From: Thermoanaerobaculia bacterium
GTDB lineage: Bacteria > Acidobacteriota > Thermoanaerobaculia > Multivoradales > UBA5704
Direction: 5' to 3'
DNA: 64,000 nucleotides
NCBI GenBank assembly: GCA_044226625.1
Contig: JBGAGQ010000002.1
Location: 173,086-237,085 of the forward strand
Below the pieces are notes generated by a model. The model made no database searches. It was not told the origin of the DNA and worked only from the letters and a program-made list of their open reading frames with translations. Positions 30,715 through 40,296 of the stretch are shown in pieces (the first letter of the stretch is position 1; each line of letters starts with the position of its first letter). Both the position numbers and the translations under genes were made by a program.

Positions 30715-30898
30715 TAGCCAGCTTGCGAATTGAATGGAACTTCGCTCTCCGGCTTTCTTCGGAAAACCTGGGATCGGCCTTGCCAAGGGGCAAGCCGACG
30801 CGTTTTCCCGACGTGTCGGCGTGAAACTCCTCGAGGGCCAAGGCGCCGGGCGCCCGGTCGAGTTGCGGTCGGGCGCCTGGCGACTTCGCCGAAAGGGC

Positions 30899-31390
30899 TC
30901 AGTTGATCGTGAGCGAGGAGGAAGCGGTGCAGATCAGCGCGTTGGTCGTCGTGTTGCGCGATTCGACGGTCACCGTCGTGGTGCCTTTGATCGCGCCGGC
31001 GAGAGGCACCAGCGTGCTGTCGAAAGAGCCCGCGATGCAGCCGCCGGAGGAGGTCCAGATCTTCTGGCGCGTGGTGTTCTCGACGAATCCCGCCAGGTTG
31101 GTCGGCCAGGCGAACGAGAAAGTCTCCTTGTGCGGCTGGCTGTCACAGGGGCTGTAAGAGATCGAGAAGCTGAGCGTCGCACCGTTGGTCGCCGGGTTCG
31201 GCGAGAGCGTCAAGGTGCAGCTCGTCGCCGCCGCCGCGGCCGCGCCCTTTGGAGCGACGCCGAGCACGACGCCGCTCTTCGTGTCCTTCCTCCCCGCATC
31301 CTGGGCCTTTTCGCCCTCCTGGGCCAGCAGGGATCCCGCGGAACCAACGATTACACCGATGACGAGGACGATTGGACGGATCTGCCTCAT
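30899..31390 (-). CDS. Small secreted beta-sandwich (Ig-like) hypothetical protein
   Basis: Signal peptide, RBS GGAGGAG, 'CTLTLSPNP...', 4 Cys. Confidence 0.7.
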   Translation of the reverse strand: MRQIRPIVLVIGVIVGSAGSLLAQEGEKAQDAGRKDTKSGVVLGVAPKGAAAAAATSCTLTLSPNPATNGATLSFSISYSPCDSQPHKETFSFAWPTNLAGFVENTTRQKIWTSSGGCIAGSFDSTLVPLAGAIKGTTTVTVESRNTTTNALICTASSSLTIN

Positions 31391-31456
31391 GATGCGCTCC
31401 TCCCTGGCTCTCTGGAGCCCGGATTGGCCAGGCGGCCCATGGCGCGCCCGGCGAAA

Positions 31457-31481
31457 GGGGGAGCTCGAGCCGAGCTCCCCC
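31457..31481 (-). terminator. GC-rich hairpin, possible terminator or attenuator
   Basis: GGGGGAGCTCG-agc-CGAGCTCCCCC followed by TTT on the minus strand, downstream of mlaD. Confidence 0.5.
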
Positions 31482-31604
31482 TCGGTTGCCCTGACTTAGG
31501 CGGGAGTCGGATGCATCATGTTACAGTGTCGTTGAATAAAAGAATAGCTGCAACTCAAAGGGGCCACTCAGATCGACCGGGCCGCCGCGGACTTTGCCGA
31601 CGGT

Positions 31605-33071
31605 TCAGAACTTCGGTACCGACCCCAACAGGTACTTCAAGTTGTCGTCGCGCCACTTGACGCCCGCGCCCAGGAATAGGGATTTGTTTTCGAGCGGGTC
31701 GTCGAGGCCGCCGACGAGGTAGAGGTTCGGGTGGAGCTGCCAGCGGCCGGTGAGGCGCAGGTGGGGGTTCTCGTCGTTTTCGCGGTTGAAATCGAAGGCG
31801 TCGAAGGAGAGGAGGAACTTGTCCTTGTCGAACGGCAGCTCGACGGAGGCGCCGCCGGTGTTTTCGATCAGGCCGGCCCAGAGGCGTAGGTTGCTCGGCG
31901 CCTTGTAGCCGAAGAGGGCCGAGGCGACGCGGGTGTCTTCGCGGGTGAGCGTCTCGATGACTTTCGTCTCGCTCGAGCCGTCGGGGTTGGTCGTGGTGAT
32001 CGTCTGCGTCTTGGTCTTGAGCTTGCCGCCAGGGGTGTTCGAAAGCGCCGCCCGATAGATCTTGTTGCCTTCGCCCGGCTGAATGTCGATCCGGAACGTC
32101 GACTGCGATTCCTTGGGATCGGAGAGGTAGTAGCCCTGCAAGTCGAGGTCGAGCTGGAACTTCTGGATCGCGCCGAGGGTACCGGATAGGGACTTGACGC
32201 CCCCTTCGATCGAGTCGAGCGTCGAAACCAGCTTGTCGTGCGCCGTCTCGTCGTTGACCAGCTTGCCGATCGTCCCCTGGCCGGAGGCGATCTTGTCGGT
32301 GATCTTGTTCAGGTTGTCGACCGAGGTCTGGATGTCCGACGTCACCTTACGGACGTTCTCCATGCTCCCTTTTAGGTTGCCCCGGTTCTCGGCCAGGATC
32401 TCGGAGATCTGCTTCGCCGTCTCTTCGAGCTGTCCGGAGAGGCGCGGCAGCTCGGCCGCGAGGTTCGCGCCGACCTGCTCGAAGTTGCCGATCGTCCGGC
32501 CGATCTGGGCTCGGTTCTCCGCCACCAGGAGCCGAATCTCGTCGCTCGTCTTCGCGAGGTTCGCCATTAGTTGGCCGAGGCTCACCCCCCCGTCGCCCCC
32601 CGACAGCGCGCCGCTCAGGCCGCCCGTCATCCCCTGGATCGAATCGCCGATCGAGTTGAGTTTCGCCATCGCCTGATCGAAACTGATCGGCGTCTCCCCG
32701 GGGAGGACGGCGTTCTCCGGCAGCTTCGGCGCATCCGCGGGACCGGGGACGAGCTCCACGTATTTCTCGCCGAGCAAGCCGAGGTTCGCGATCGTCGCGG
32801 TCGTCCCCTCGGTGAGATCGATCGGCTTTTCGAGCACGATCCGCACCTTCGCCCGCCGCCCTTCGAGCCCGATGCCGTCGACCCGGCCGACGCGCACGCC
32901 CGCCACGCGCACCGCCGCCTTGTCGTCGAGCCCGGCGACGGAATCGAAGACCGCGGAGACCGCCTTGCCCTTGGCGCCCCAAGGGTTCCAGTCCTCGATC
33001 TTCCAAACCAGCACGCCGAGGATCGCGAGACAGATCGCGGTGAACAGTCCGACGCGGATGACGTTGCCCAT
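31605..33071 (-). CDS. MCE/MlaD family lipid transport protein with long helical region
   Basis: FDSVAGL..AAVRVAGVRVGRV, GLLGEKYVEL, GTIGKLVND. Confidence 0.9.
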   Translation of the reverse strand: MGNVIRVGLFTAICLAILGVLVWKIEDWNPWGAKGKAVSAVFDSVAGLDDKAAVRVAGVRVGRVDGIGLEGRRAKVRIVLEKPIDLTEGTTATIANLGLLGEKYVELVPGPADAPKLPENAVLPGETPISFDQAMAKLNSIGDSIQGMTGGLSGALSGGDGGVSLGQLMANLAKTSDEIRLLVAENRAQIGRTIGNFEQVGANLAAELPRLSGQLEETAKQISEILAENRGNLKGSMENVRKVTSDIQTSVDNLNKITDKIASGQGTIGKLVNDETAHDKLVSTLDSIEGGVKSLSGTLGAIQKFQLDLDLQGYYLSDPKESQSTFRIDIQPGEGNKIYRAALSNTPGGKLKTKTQTITTTNPDGSSETKVIETLTREDTRVASALFGYKAPSNLRLWAGLIENTGGASVELPFDKDKFLLSFDAFDFNRENDENPHLRLTGRWQLHPNLYLVGGLDDPLENKSLFLGAGVKWRDDNLKYLLGSVPKF

Positions 33072-33105
33072 CGTTCAGCTCCTGGTTCTTCGAGCGGCGC
33101 CGCAA

Positions 33106-33900
33106 TCAAGCGGTGAGCGGGCCGTCGGCGAGGCCGTGGATGAATTGTTGCACGCGCGGGTCCTCCAGCTCACGGAACTCGGCGGGCGCCGCTTCCGCGA
33201 CGATCTTCCCCTGGTGGATCATGGCGATCCGGTCGCCGATTCGGAACGCGCTCTGCATGTCGTGGGTGATCGTGATCGTGGTCGTATGGAGCCGGTCGTT
33301 CAGGTCGATGATCACCTCGTCGATCAGCGCCGTGGTCACCGGGTCGAGGCCCGTCGTCGGCTCGTCGAAGAGGAGGATCTCCGGCTCTACGGCGATCGCG
33401 CGCGCGAAACCGACGCGGCGGCGCATGCCGCCCGAAAGCTGCGACGGAACCTTGTCGGCCACCCCTTCGAGGCGGACCAGCGCCAGGCACTCCTCCACCC
33501 GCTCCCGCCGCTCGGCGGCGCTCATCGAGGTCTGCCGGGTGAGCGGAAAACCGACGTTCTCCCCCACCGTCATCGAATCGAACAGCGCCCCTTCCTGGAA
33601 CGACATGCCGAAGCGGCGGCGGAACTCGGTGAGCTGCCGGTTGGGTAGGGTTTCGATTGCGACCCCGTCGACCTCGACGGTGCCGGCATCCGGACGGAGA
33701 AGGCCGATCACGTGCTTGAGGAGCACGCTCTTGCCGGTCCCCGAGCCACCGATGATCACCAGCGACTCCGCCCGGCGGATGTCGAGGTCGACGCCGTCGA
33801 GCACCTTCTTCGGGCCGAACGATTTCTTGAGGCCCCGAATGCGCACCTTCGCCGCATCGGTGGCGCCCTGGGATGGGGTCTTGCCGGTCGGATCGGTCAC
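33106..33900 (-). CDS. mlaF: MlaF-like ABC transporter ATP-binding protein
   Basis: GGSGTGKS, FQEGALFDSM, LSGGMRRRV, DEPTTGLDP. Confidence 0.88.
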   Translation of the reverse strand: MTDPTGKTPSQGATDAAKVRIRGLKKSFGPKKVLDGVDLDIRRAESLVIIGGSGTGKSVLLKHVIGLLRPDAGTVEVDGVAIETLPNRQLTEFRRRFGMSFQEGALFDSMTVGENVGFPLTRQTSMSAAERRERVEECLALVRLEGVADKVPSQLSGGMRRRVGFARAIAVEPEILLFDEPTTGLDPVTTALIDEVIIDLNDRLHTTTITITHDMQSAFRIGDRIAMIHQGKIVAEAAPAEFRELEDPRVQQFIHGLADGPLTA

Positions 33901-33911
33901 GGGCGCGCTCT

Positions 33912-34673
33912 CTAAAAGAGGATCCGGGTGAGGAAGAAGTCGGAGATCAGAATCGCGATGCTCGCGAGCACGACCGCTTTGGTCGTCGAACGGCCGACCC
34001 CTTCGGCGCCGCCGGTGGTGTAGAACCCCTGCTGACACCCGATCAAAGCGATCAGATAGCCGAACACCGCCGCCTTGATCAGCCCCGAGAAGAGGTCGTT
34101 CAGGTCCATGAACTGGAAGCTCGCGTGCAGGTAGCTCACCGGGTTCGCACCCATCAGCGGCACCGAGACGACGTAGCCGCCGAGGATGCCGAGCGCGTCG
34201 GCGAGGACGACCAAGAGCGGCAGCGTGAGCACGGTCGCCCAGACGCGCGGCACGACGAGGTAGTGCACCGGATCGGTCGCCATGACCTCGAGCGCGTCGA
34301 TCTGCTCGGTCACCCGCATGGTGCCGAGCTCCGCCCCCATCGCCGAGCCGGAGCGGCCGGCGACGATCAGGCTCGAAAGGACGGCCGCGAGCTCGCGCAC
34401 CATCGAGAGGCCGACGAGCGTGCCGACGTACGACTCGGCGTTGAAGCGCCGGAGCACCGTGAAGGTCTGGAGCGCCATCACGCCACCGGTGAACAGGGCG
34501 GTCAAGAGAACGACCGGAATCGAGCCGAGCCCCACGCGCACCATCTGACGAAACAGCTCGCGGAGGTCGTACGGTGGCCGCGGCGTCCAGGCGAATACGC
34601 GACCCGACATCTCGGTGAAGCGGCCGAGCTCGAGGAGGAAGCGCTCGATCGGCTGCGGCAGGGCTCTCGCCAA
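33912..34673 (-). CDS. mlaE: MlaE-like ABC transporter permease
   Basis: VRELAAVL, GRSGSAMGAELGTMRVTEQIDAL, GGAEGVGRSTT; TTG start with RBS. Confidence 0.9.
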   Translation of the reverse strand: MARALPQPIERFLLELGRFTEMSGRVFAWTPRPPYDLRELFRQMVRVGLGSIPVVLLTALFTGGVMALQTFTVLRRFNAESYVGTLVGLSMVRELAAVLSSLIVAGRSGSAMGAELGTMRVTEQIDALEVMATDPVHYLVVPRVWATVLTLPLLVVLADALGILGGYVVSVPLMGANPVSYLHASFQFMDLNDLFSGLIKAAVFGYLIALIGCQQGFYTTGGAEGVGRSTTKAVVLASIAILISDFFLTRILF

Positions 34674-34675
34674 GG

Positions 34676-35947
34676 TCAGTCCTCCCTCGAGAATCGGGAC
34701 ACGATCTGGTCGAGGCGCCCGGCGCGGAAATAGCGGCGCGGCAGCCGAAGGCCCAGATGACAAAGGATCTCCCACGAGATCGTTCCCGCCTGCCGCGCGA
34801 GGTCGACCGCGGTGATCCGCTCTTTCCCCTGCCGGCCGAGCAGCACCGCCTCGTCGCCCAGCGAGGCGTCGACGTCGGTCACGTCGAGCAGCGTCATATC
34901 CATCGTCACCGATCCCGCGACGGGAACGCGCCGTCCCGCGACCAGCGCGTGCGCCTGGCCGGTGAGGCGCCAGGCGTAACCATCGGCGTAGCCCACGGGG
35001 ACGACGGCGATCCGGCTCGGCCGCGTGGTCACGGTCCGGCCGCCGTAGGAGAGCTGCGTTCCCGCCGGGACCTCGCGGACCTGGACGATCTTCGCCACCA
35101 CCGACATCACCGGCTCGAGCCCCGTCGGATCCACCGGATCGGTCACCGGGTCGATGCCGTAGAGGCCGATCCCCATGCGCACCAGGGTGTTTCGCGACGA
35201 GGGACGATGGAGCGCCGCCGCCGAGTTCGCCATGTGGATCTCGATCGACTCCCGCTCCGCGGCGGAAAGCTGACCGAGCACGTCGAGGAAACGGTTCTCC
35301 TGGCGGTCGTTCTTGGCGTTCTCGAGGTCGTCGGCGCTGGCGAAATGGGACAGGAGCCCAGCCATTCGCAGCTGGGGCGACGAGCGCACGATCTCCAGCG
35401 CCCGCGGCACCTCGGAGAGCGGTACGCCCAGGCGCCCCATCCCCGTGTCGACCTTCAGATGGAAATGCTGCGACGAGCCCGAGGTATTGCCCGTCGCCCA
35501 CTCCCGCCAGAGCGCGAGCTCTTCGAGGCTCGAGATCGCCGGGGTGAGGTCGTAGCGGCGGTAGAGCGCGAGCCACTCCGGCCGCGCGGTACCGAGGACG
35601 AGGATCGGCAGGTCGACTCCCGAGCGGCGGATTTCCGCTCCCTCTTCGAGCAGGGCCACGCCGAGCCAGTCGACTCCCGCCGCCTCGAGCGCGCGAGAGA
35701 CCCCGATCGCCCCGTGGCCGTACGCGTCGGCCTTCACCACGGCGAGGATGCGCGACGAGCCCATCCGTCCGCGCAAGGCGCGCAGGTTCGAATCGAGCAC
35801 GTCGAGGTCGACGTCCACCCAGGCCGGGCGCAGCGCCGAGGCGAGCAGCTCCGCCTCGCTCGGCCGCCGGGCCGTGGCGGACGCGGCCTCCGGCTCGGGC
35901 GCCTCGGGCTCGCGGGCCTCAGAAGGGTGAAGAGTGATCGAGGCCAT
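34676..35947 (-). CDS. alr: Alanine racemase
   Basis: AVVKADAYGHG, HLKVDTGMGRLG, ANSAA, VGYADG, VTMD. Confidence 0.95.
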   Translation of the reverse strand: MASITLHPSEAREPEAPEPEAASATARRPSEAELLASALRPAWVDVDLDVLDSNLRALRGRMGSSRILAVVKADAYGHGAIGVSRALEAAGVDWLGVALLEEGAEIRRSGVDLPILVLGTARPEWLALYRRYDLTPAISSLEELALWREWATGNTSGSSQHFHLKVDTGMGRLGVPLSEVPRALEIVRSSPQLRMAGLLSHFASADDLENAKNDRQENRFLDVLGQLSAAERESIEIHMANSAAALHRPSSRNTLVRMGIGLYGIDPVTDPVDPTGLEPVMSVVAKIVQVREVPAGTQLSYGGRTVTTRPSRIAVVPVGYADGYAWRLTGQAHALVAGRRVPVAGSVTMDMTLLDVTDVDASLGDEAVLLGRQGKERITAVDLARQAGTISWEILCHLGLRLPRRYFRAGRLDQIVSRFSRED

Positions 35948-38558
35948 GGCGGTCCAGGTTGCGGAAACTGGTGGTCTCTCCCAAGAAGACCAGATCGACC
36001 GTACCGGTCTCGCCGTTCCGGTGCTTGGCGATGATCAGCTCGGCGAGCCCTTTCTTGTCCGGATCGTCCTGGTTGTAGACCTCGTCGCGGTAGACGAACG
36101 CGACCATGTCGGCGTCTTGCTCGATGGAGTTGTGAACGATTAGGTCCCCTGCCACGAACGACTCGACGCCCGGAACCGTCAGGTCGAAGACCTCACCTTC
36201 CCCGTCCCGCTCGATGGTCGCCACTCGGTCCCAGTAAATGTCGCTCTCCGCCAGCGCGCGTAGCGCCTCCGAACCCACGGCGGCTGCGACTCGCAAGGCT
36301 CTCTCTCGACTTACATTCTGACGATAGATCGTCATACCGGAATATGCGGTCTCGATCCGAGCGTGCATCTCACGATGGGTTATCCCAGCCTCCTTCATGC
36401 ACGGAAGGACGAGCTTTTTCCAGATCGCCGAAGGGATCACATCGCGGTTCGTGTTCTCACGTTTTGAGCTGATCAGGTCGACCGTTTCGCGTAGCGATTC
36501 GGATTTGTAGCGACCGACGGCGCCCACGGCCTCCGCAAAGCGAAGCGTCATCGTTCGGCCCGAGATCTTGACGTGCCATTGATCGCGCCCTTTTCCCTTT
36601 TGGGAGAGACGATGGGTTTGGCTCTGGATGCCGAGTCGAAGGAGGAGCGCTTGGACGCCACGCGCGAGGTTCTCGCTCGAAGACGCGTAGTAGATCGCCG
36701 GGTAGGGCCGCCCGGCGACCCGAATGCATCCATCGGTCGCCCACAGGTGGCGCAAGAATTTTCCGATCGACTCCTTCGGCTGCTCGAACAGGCGCTCGGG
36801 AATCCTTTTCTGATGAGATCGCAAACCCCAGACGCCGAGGTGGTCGAGCCACTCCGAGACCGGGCTTCGTGTCCCGTGTGTGTGATGCCGTGTCGATGAG
36901 AGATCGACCTGGTACCACGTCCGTTCCGATCGAATCCTCGGCTCGACCTCGGCGCCGAACAGCGCCCGACTGGCTTCAACGACGACCTCCGCGAGGTCGA
37001 GCTCACGGGTGGTGTATTGAATCGCGTGCCTCGGCAGCGTACAGCCGTCGCCGATCAGATGCCCGAGGAGTGTGAGCTCCGGATCGGTCATTGACTTCTG
37101 GCCCCCGGAGGCAACCGAACGAGGGGTCGCGACGTGCTCTCCGGTCTGCAATTCGTCCAGCCGTTTCCATCCTTCGATGGTCAGAAAACGGTGGTTCGCC
37201 GTGGCCCGTATCGAGCGCCCGTTGCCGGTTGTGAGGCGAAAGAGCGGCTTAAACCCCGTCGAGAAAGCTCGCGTCGTGAGTCCTTTAGAGAGCTTGCACG
37301 TCTCCTCGTCGATTCCCCAGACCGTGAAACCCTCCCGGCCGGCAAGCTCGGAGATCGGGACACGCTTTCCGGTATCGGCGACCGTCACGAGCGTCTCTCC
37401 CGAGAGACAGCCGGATTCGCGAAGATCCGATAGTTGTGGCCGATGGTCGCTGCCGCGACGTTCCGGCTGGCGGGAGAGCTGAGAAAGCGCGATCACGGGG
37501 AGCTCGAGCTCTTTGGCGAGCTGCTTCATGCCCCGGCTGATCGCGGCGATCTCGAGGTTCCGGTTCTCGTACTTGCCGCCCGCTTGCATCAGCTGGAGGT
37601 AGTCGAGGATCACCAGGGCGAGGCCTTTTTCGGCTTTCAGGCGGCGCGACTTGGAGGCGATCTCCAGCAGGGTCGGGTTCGGCGAGTCGTCGATGTAGAG
37701 CGGCACGTCCGAGGTCGCGCGGACGACTTGATGGACGCGCGTCCACTGCTGGTGCGAGAGAGTGCCCGAACGGAGGCGCGAGAACGACACGTCCGCCTCC
37801 GAGCAGAGGATGCGGAGCGCGAGCTCCTGCTGGCTCATTTCGAGCGAGAAGATCCCGACCGTCCGGCGCTCCCGAATCGCCACGTGCTGCGCCATGTTGA
37901 GCGCGATACTGGTCTTGCCCATGCCGGGGCGCCCGGCGATGATGATCAGGTTCCCCTTGTTGAGGCCGTGGGTGATCCGGTCGAGGTCGGTGAACCCGGT
38001 CGGCACGCCGATCAGGGTCGATCCGGGGCGCTCCTCCAGGTCTTCGAGCGTGGCGTGGAAGACGTTCGAGAGCGCGACGAACCCGCGCTGGACCGCCTCC
38101 TCGCCCAGCCCCAGGATCGCCTGCTCCGCCCGACCGAGCGCTTCGGCCGCCTCGACCCCGCCGTCCAGGCAGTCGCGGATGATCTTGCCCGACGCCTCGA
38201 TCAGTCGACGGCGGACCGAGCGCTCCTTGACGATCTCGACGTAGGCGTCGAGCCGCCCCAGGTCGGGCAGGTCGAGGTCGAGGTTCGCGAGATAGGCGAT
38301 CCCGCCGGCCTTCTCGAACAGCGCCTGCTGCTCGAGCTTCGCCTGCACCGTCCGCAGGTCGATGCCGACGTGCGCCTCCTGGAGCTCGAGCATCGTCCGG
38401 TAGAGGATCTGATGCCGCTCGCCGTAGAAGTCCTCCGCGACGAGGCGCCCGGAGATCGTCGGCAGGAGCGCCGGGTCGAGCATCACCCCGGCGAGCACCG
38501 CCCGCTCGGACTCCTCGCTGTGCGGGAGCGACTTCTGAGGGCTTAAGGTTTCGAGCAT
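35919..38558 (-). CDS. dnaB: Replicative DNA helicase DnaB containing an intein
   Basis: GRPGMGKT, FSLEM, DYLQL, ALSQLSR, DLRESG|intein|SIEQDAD, IIAKHRNG. Confidence 0.96.
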   Translation of the reverse strand: MLETLSPQKSLPHSEESERAVLAGVMLDPALLPTISGRLVAEDFYGERHQILYRTMLELQEAHVGIDLRTVQAKLEQQALFEKAGGIAYLANLDLDLPDLGRLDAYVEIVKERSVRRRLIEASGKIIRDCLDGGVEAAEALGRAEQAILGLGEEAVQRGFVALSNVFHATLEDLEERPGSTLIGVPTGFTDLDRITHGLNKGNLIIIAGRPGMGKTSIALNMAQHVAIRERRTVGIFSLEMSQQELALRILCSEADVSFSRLRSGTLSHQQWTRVHQVVRATSDVPLYIDDSPNPTLLEIASKSRRLKAEKGLALVILDYLQLMQAGGKYENRNLEIAAISRGMKQLAKELELPVIALSQLSRQPERRGSDHRPQLSDLRESGCLSGETLVTVADTGKRVPISELAGREGFTVWGIDEETCKLSKGLTTRAFSTGFKPLFRLTTGNGRSIRATANHRFLTIEGWKRLDELQTGEHVATPRSVASGGQKSMTDPELTLLGHLIGDGCTLPRHAIQYTTRELDLAEVVVEASRALFGAEVEPRIRSERTWYQVDLSSTRHHTHGTRSPVSEWLDHLGVWGLRSHQKRIPERLFEQPKESIGKFLRHLWATDGCIRVAGRPYPAIYYASSSENLARGVQALLLRLGIQSQTHRLSQKGKGRDQWHVKISGRTMTLRFAEAVGAVGRYKSESLRETVDLISSKRENTNRDVIPSAIWKKLVLPCMKEAGITHREMHARIETAYSGMTIYRQNVSRERALRVAAAVGSEALRALAESDIYWDRVATIERDGEGEVFDLTVPGVESFVAGDLIVHNSIEQDADMVAFVYRDEVYNQDDPDKKGLAELIIAKHRNGETGTVDLVFLGETTSFRNLDRHGLDHSSPF
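36129..37409 (-). mobile_element. Intein (427 aa) with LAGLIDADG homing endonuclease
   Basis: Starts CLSGET, block B ATANHRF, LAGLIDADG-like LLGHLIGDG and FLRHLWATDG, ends DLIVHN followed by Ser+1. Confidence 0.95.
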
Positions 38559-38683
38559 CGAGGAGGGGGTCGGACCGGGAGAGGCGTGGCGGTCATTCTC
38601 CCGCAACGCACGGGGGAGCGGCAAGCGGCGATATCCTCCCGGGACCGGCTTCGCTCGCCGGGAACCTCCTCGACGACCGTTCG

Positions 38684-40294
38684 ATGACGCCGTCCCCCAA
38701 ATCGCCCTGGCGCCCTCTGCGTTATCCGCTGCTGCGCTCGCTCTGGATCGCGAGCGTCGCCTCGAACGTGGGCACGTGGCTCCAGAGCGTCGGCGCGTCG
38801 TGGCTGATGACGACGCTCACGCCGTCGACCACCCAGGTCGCCCTGGTCCAGGTCGCGACCAGCTTGCCGATGTTCCTCCTGGCGCTCCCGGCGGGGGCGC
38901 TCGCCGACGTAATGGACCGGCGTCGGCTCCTGGTCGCCACCCAGAGCTGGATGCTCGCTGCGGCGGCGGGGCTCGCGCTCACCACGGGGCTCGGCCTCGC
39001 CTCCCCCGGCTCGCTCCTCCTGTTCACCTTCCTGCTCGGGCTCGGCACGGCGTTCAACGGCCCCGCCTGGCAGGCGATCCTCCCCGAGCTGGTACCCCGC
39101 GAGGACCTACCGGAGGCGATCGTCCTGAACAGCGTCGGCTTCAACATCGCGCGAGCTGCCGGCCCGGCGCTCGGCGGCCTGATCGTCGCGGCCGCCGGAC
39201 CGGAAGCCACATTCGCTTTGAACGCCGTCTCGTTCCTCGGCGTGCTCGTGGTGCTGGTTCGCTGGAAGCGACCGATCGAGCCGTCGATCCTGCCGACCGA
39301 ACGCTTCTTCGGCGCCATGCAGACCGGGGCGCGCTACGTCCGGCACGCGCCCGAGCTGATCGCGGTCCTCTGGCGCGGCACCTCGTTCGTGTTCTGCGGC
39401 AGCGCGCTCTGGGCGCTCCTGCCGGTGGTCGCCCGGGTCGAGCTTCAACGCGGACCGGGCTCGTACGGATTACTCCTCGGGATGCTCGGCGTGGGGGCGG
39501 TCACCGCGGCGTTCGCCCTCCCCCATCTCAAGCGGAACAACTCGACCGACCTGGTGGTCATCGTCGCGACCCTGGTCTTCGCGGCCGGCATGGCGGCGCT
39601 CGCGTTCCTGAAGAGCTTCCCGCTCGTCCTCCTCGCGATGCTCCTCGCCGGCGGCGCCTGGCTCTCGGCGCTTTCGAGCCTGAACGTGGCGTTCCAAACC
39701 TCGTTGCCCGCCTGGGTCCGAGCGCGGGCGCTCTCGGTCTATCTCCTCACGTTCTATCTCGGCCTTTCGACAGGAAGCGCGCTCTGGGGCCTGCTCGCCG
39801 ACCACTTCAGCCTCCGCGTCTCCCTGCTCGCAGCGTCCGGTGCGACCGTCGTGGCGCTCCTCTTCACCGCCCGGTTCCATCTCCGGTCCGGCGAGGGGTT
39901 GAACCTCTCCCCCTCCCGCCAATGGCCGGCGCCCATCGTCGCCCATGAGCCCGAGCCGGAGCGCGGGCCGGTGCTCGTCCACGTCGAATACGAGGTCGCC
40001 CTCGACCGGGCCGAGGAGTTCCGGGAGGCGATGCAGGAACTCCGCCGATCGCGCCTGCGCGACGGAGCCTATGAATGGGGGCTGTTCACCGACGCGGGAG
40101 ACGCCACCCACCACGTCGAGCAATATGTCGTCGCCACCTGGATCGAGCACTTACGCCAGCACCAGCGCGAGACCGTCTCCGACCGCGAGCTCAAACGGAA
40201 GATCCGCACGTTCCAGCGGAACCCTGGCCCGCCCAAGGTGCGCTATCTGATCGCCGAGCGGCCGGGCGGAGAGCCGTTCCGGGAGGTGGGTTGA
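38684..40294 (+). CDS. MFS transporter (MFS_3-type) with soluble C-terminal domain
   Basis: SNVGTWLQ, GALADVMDRRRLL, FNIARAAGPALGG, about 12 TM, C-terminal WIEHLRQH. Confidence 0.9.
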   Translation: MTPSPKSPWRPLRYPLLRSLWIASVASNVGTWLQSVGASWLMTTLTPSTTQVALVQVATSLPMFLLALPAGALADVMDRRRLLVATQSWMLAAAAGLALTTGLGLASPGSLLLFTFLLGLGTAFNGPAWQAILPELVPREDLPEAIVLNSVGFNIARAAGPALGGLIVAAAGPEATFALNAVSFLGVLVVLVRWKRPIEPSILPTERFFGAMQTGARYVRHAPELIAVLWRGTSFVFCGSALWALLPVVARVELQRGPGSYGLLLGMLGVGAVTAAFALPHLKRNNSTDLVVIVATLVFAAGMAALAFLKSFPLVLLAMLLAGGAWLSALSSLNVAFQTSLPAWVRARALSVYLLTFYLGLSTGSALWGLLADHFSLRVSLLAASGATVVALLFTARFHLRSGEGLNLSPSRQWPAPIVAHEPEPERGPVLVHVEYEVALDRAEEFREAMQELRRSRLRDGAYEWGLFTDAGDATHHVEQYVVATWIEHLRQHQRETVSDRELKRKIRTFQRNPGPPKVRYLIAERPGGEPFREVG

Positions 40295-40296
40295 GG

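Noticed and set aside
17871-31500. Genomic island integrated at tRNA-Leu
   Set aside because: No integrase and no duplicated tRNA 3' end were noticed, and composition is similar to the flanks.
31395-31560. Riboswitch in the leader of 30899-31390
   Set aside because: A hairpin and an AT-rich patch are present, but I could not match a riboswitch consensus by eye; an Infernal/Rfam scan would be needed.
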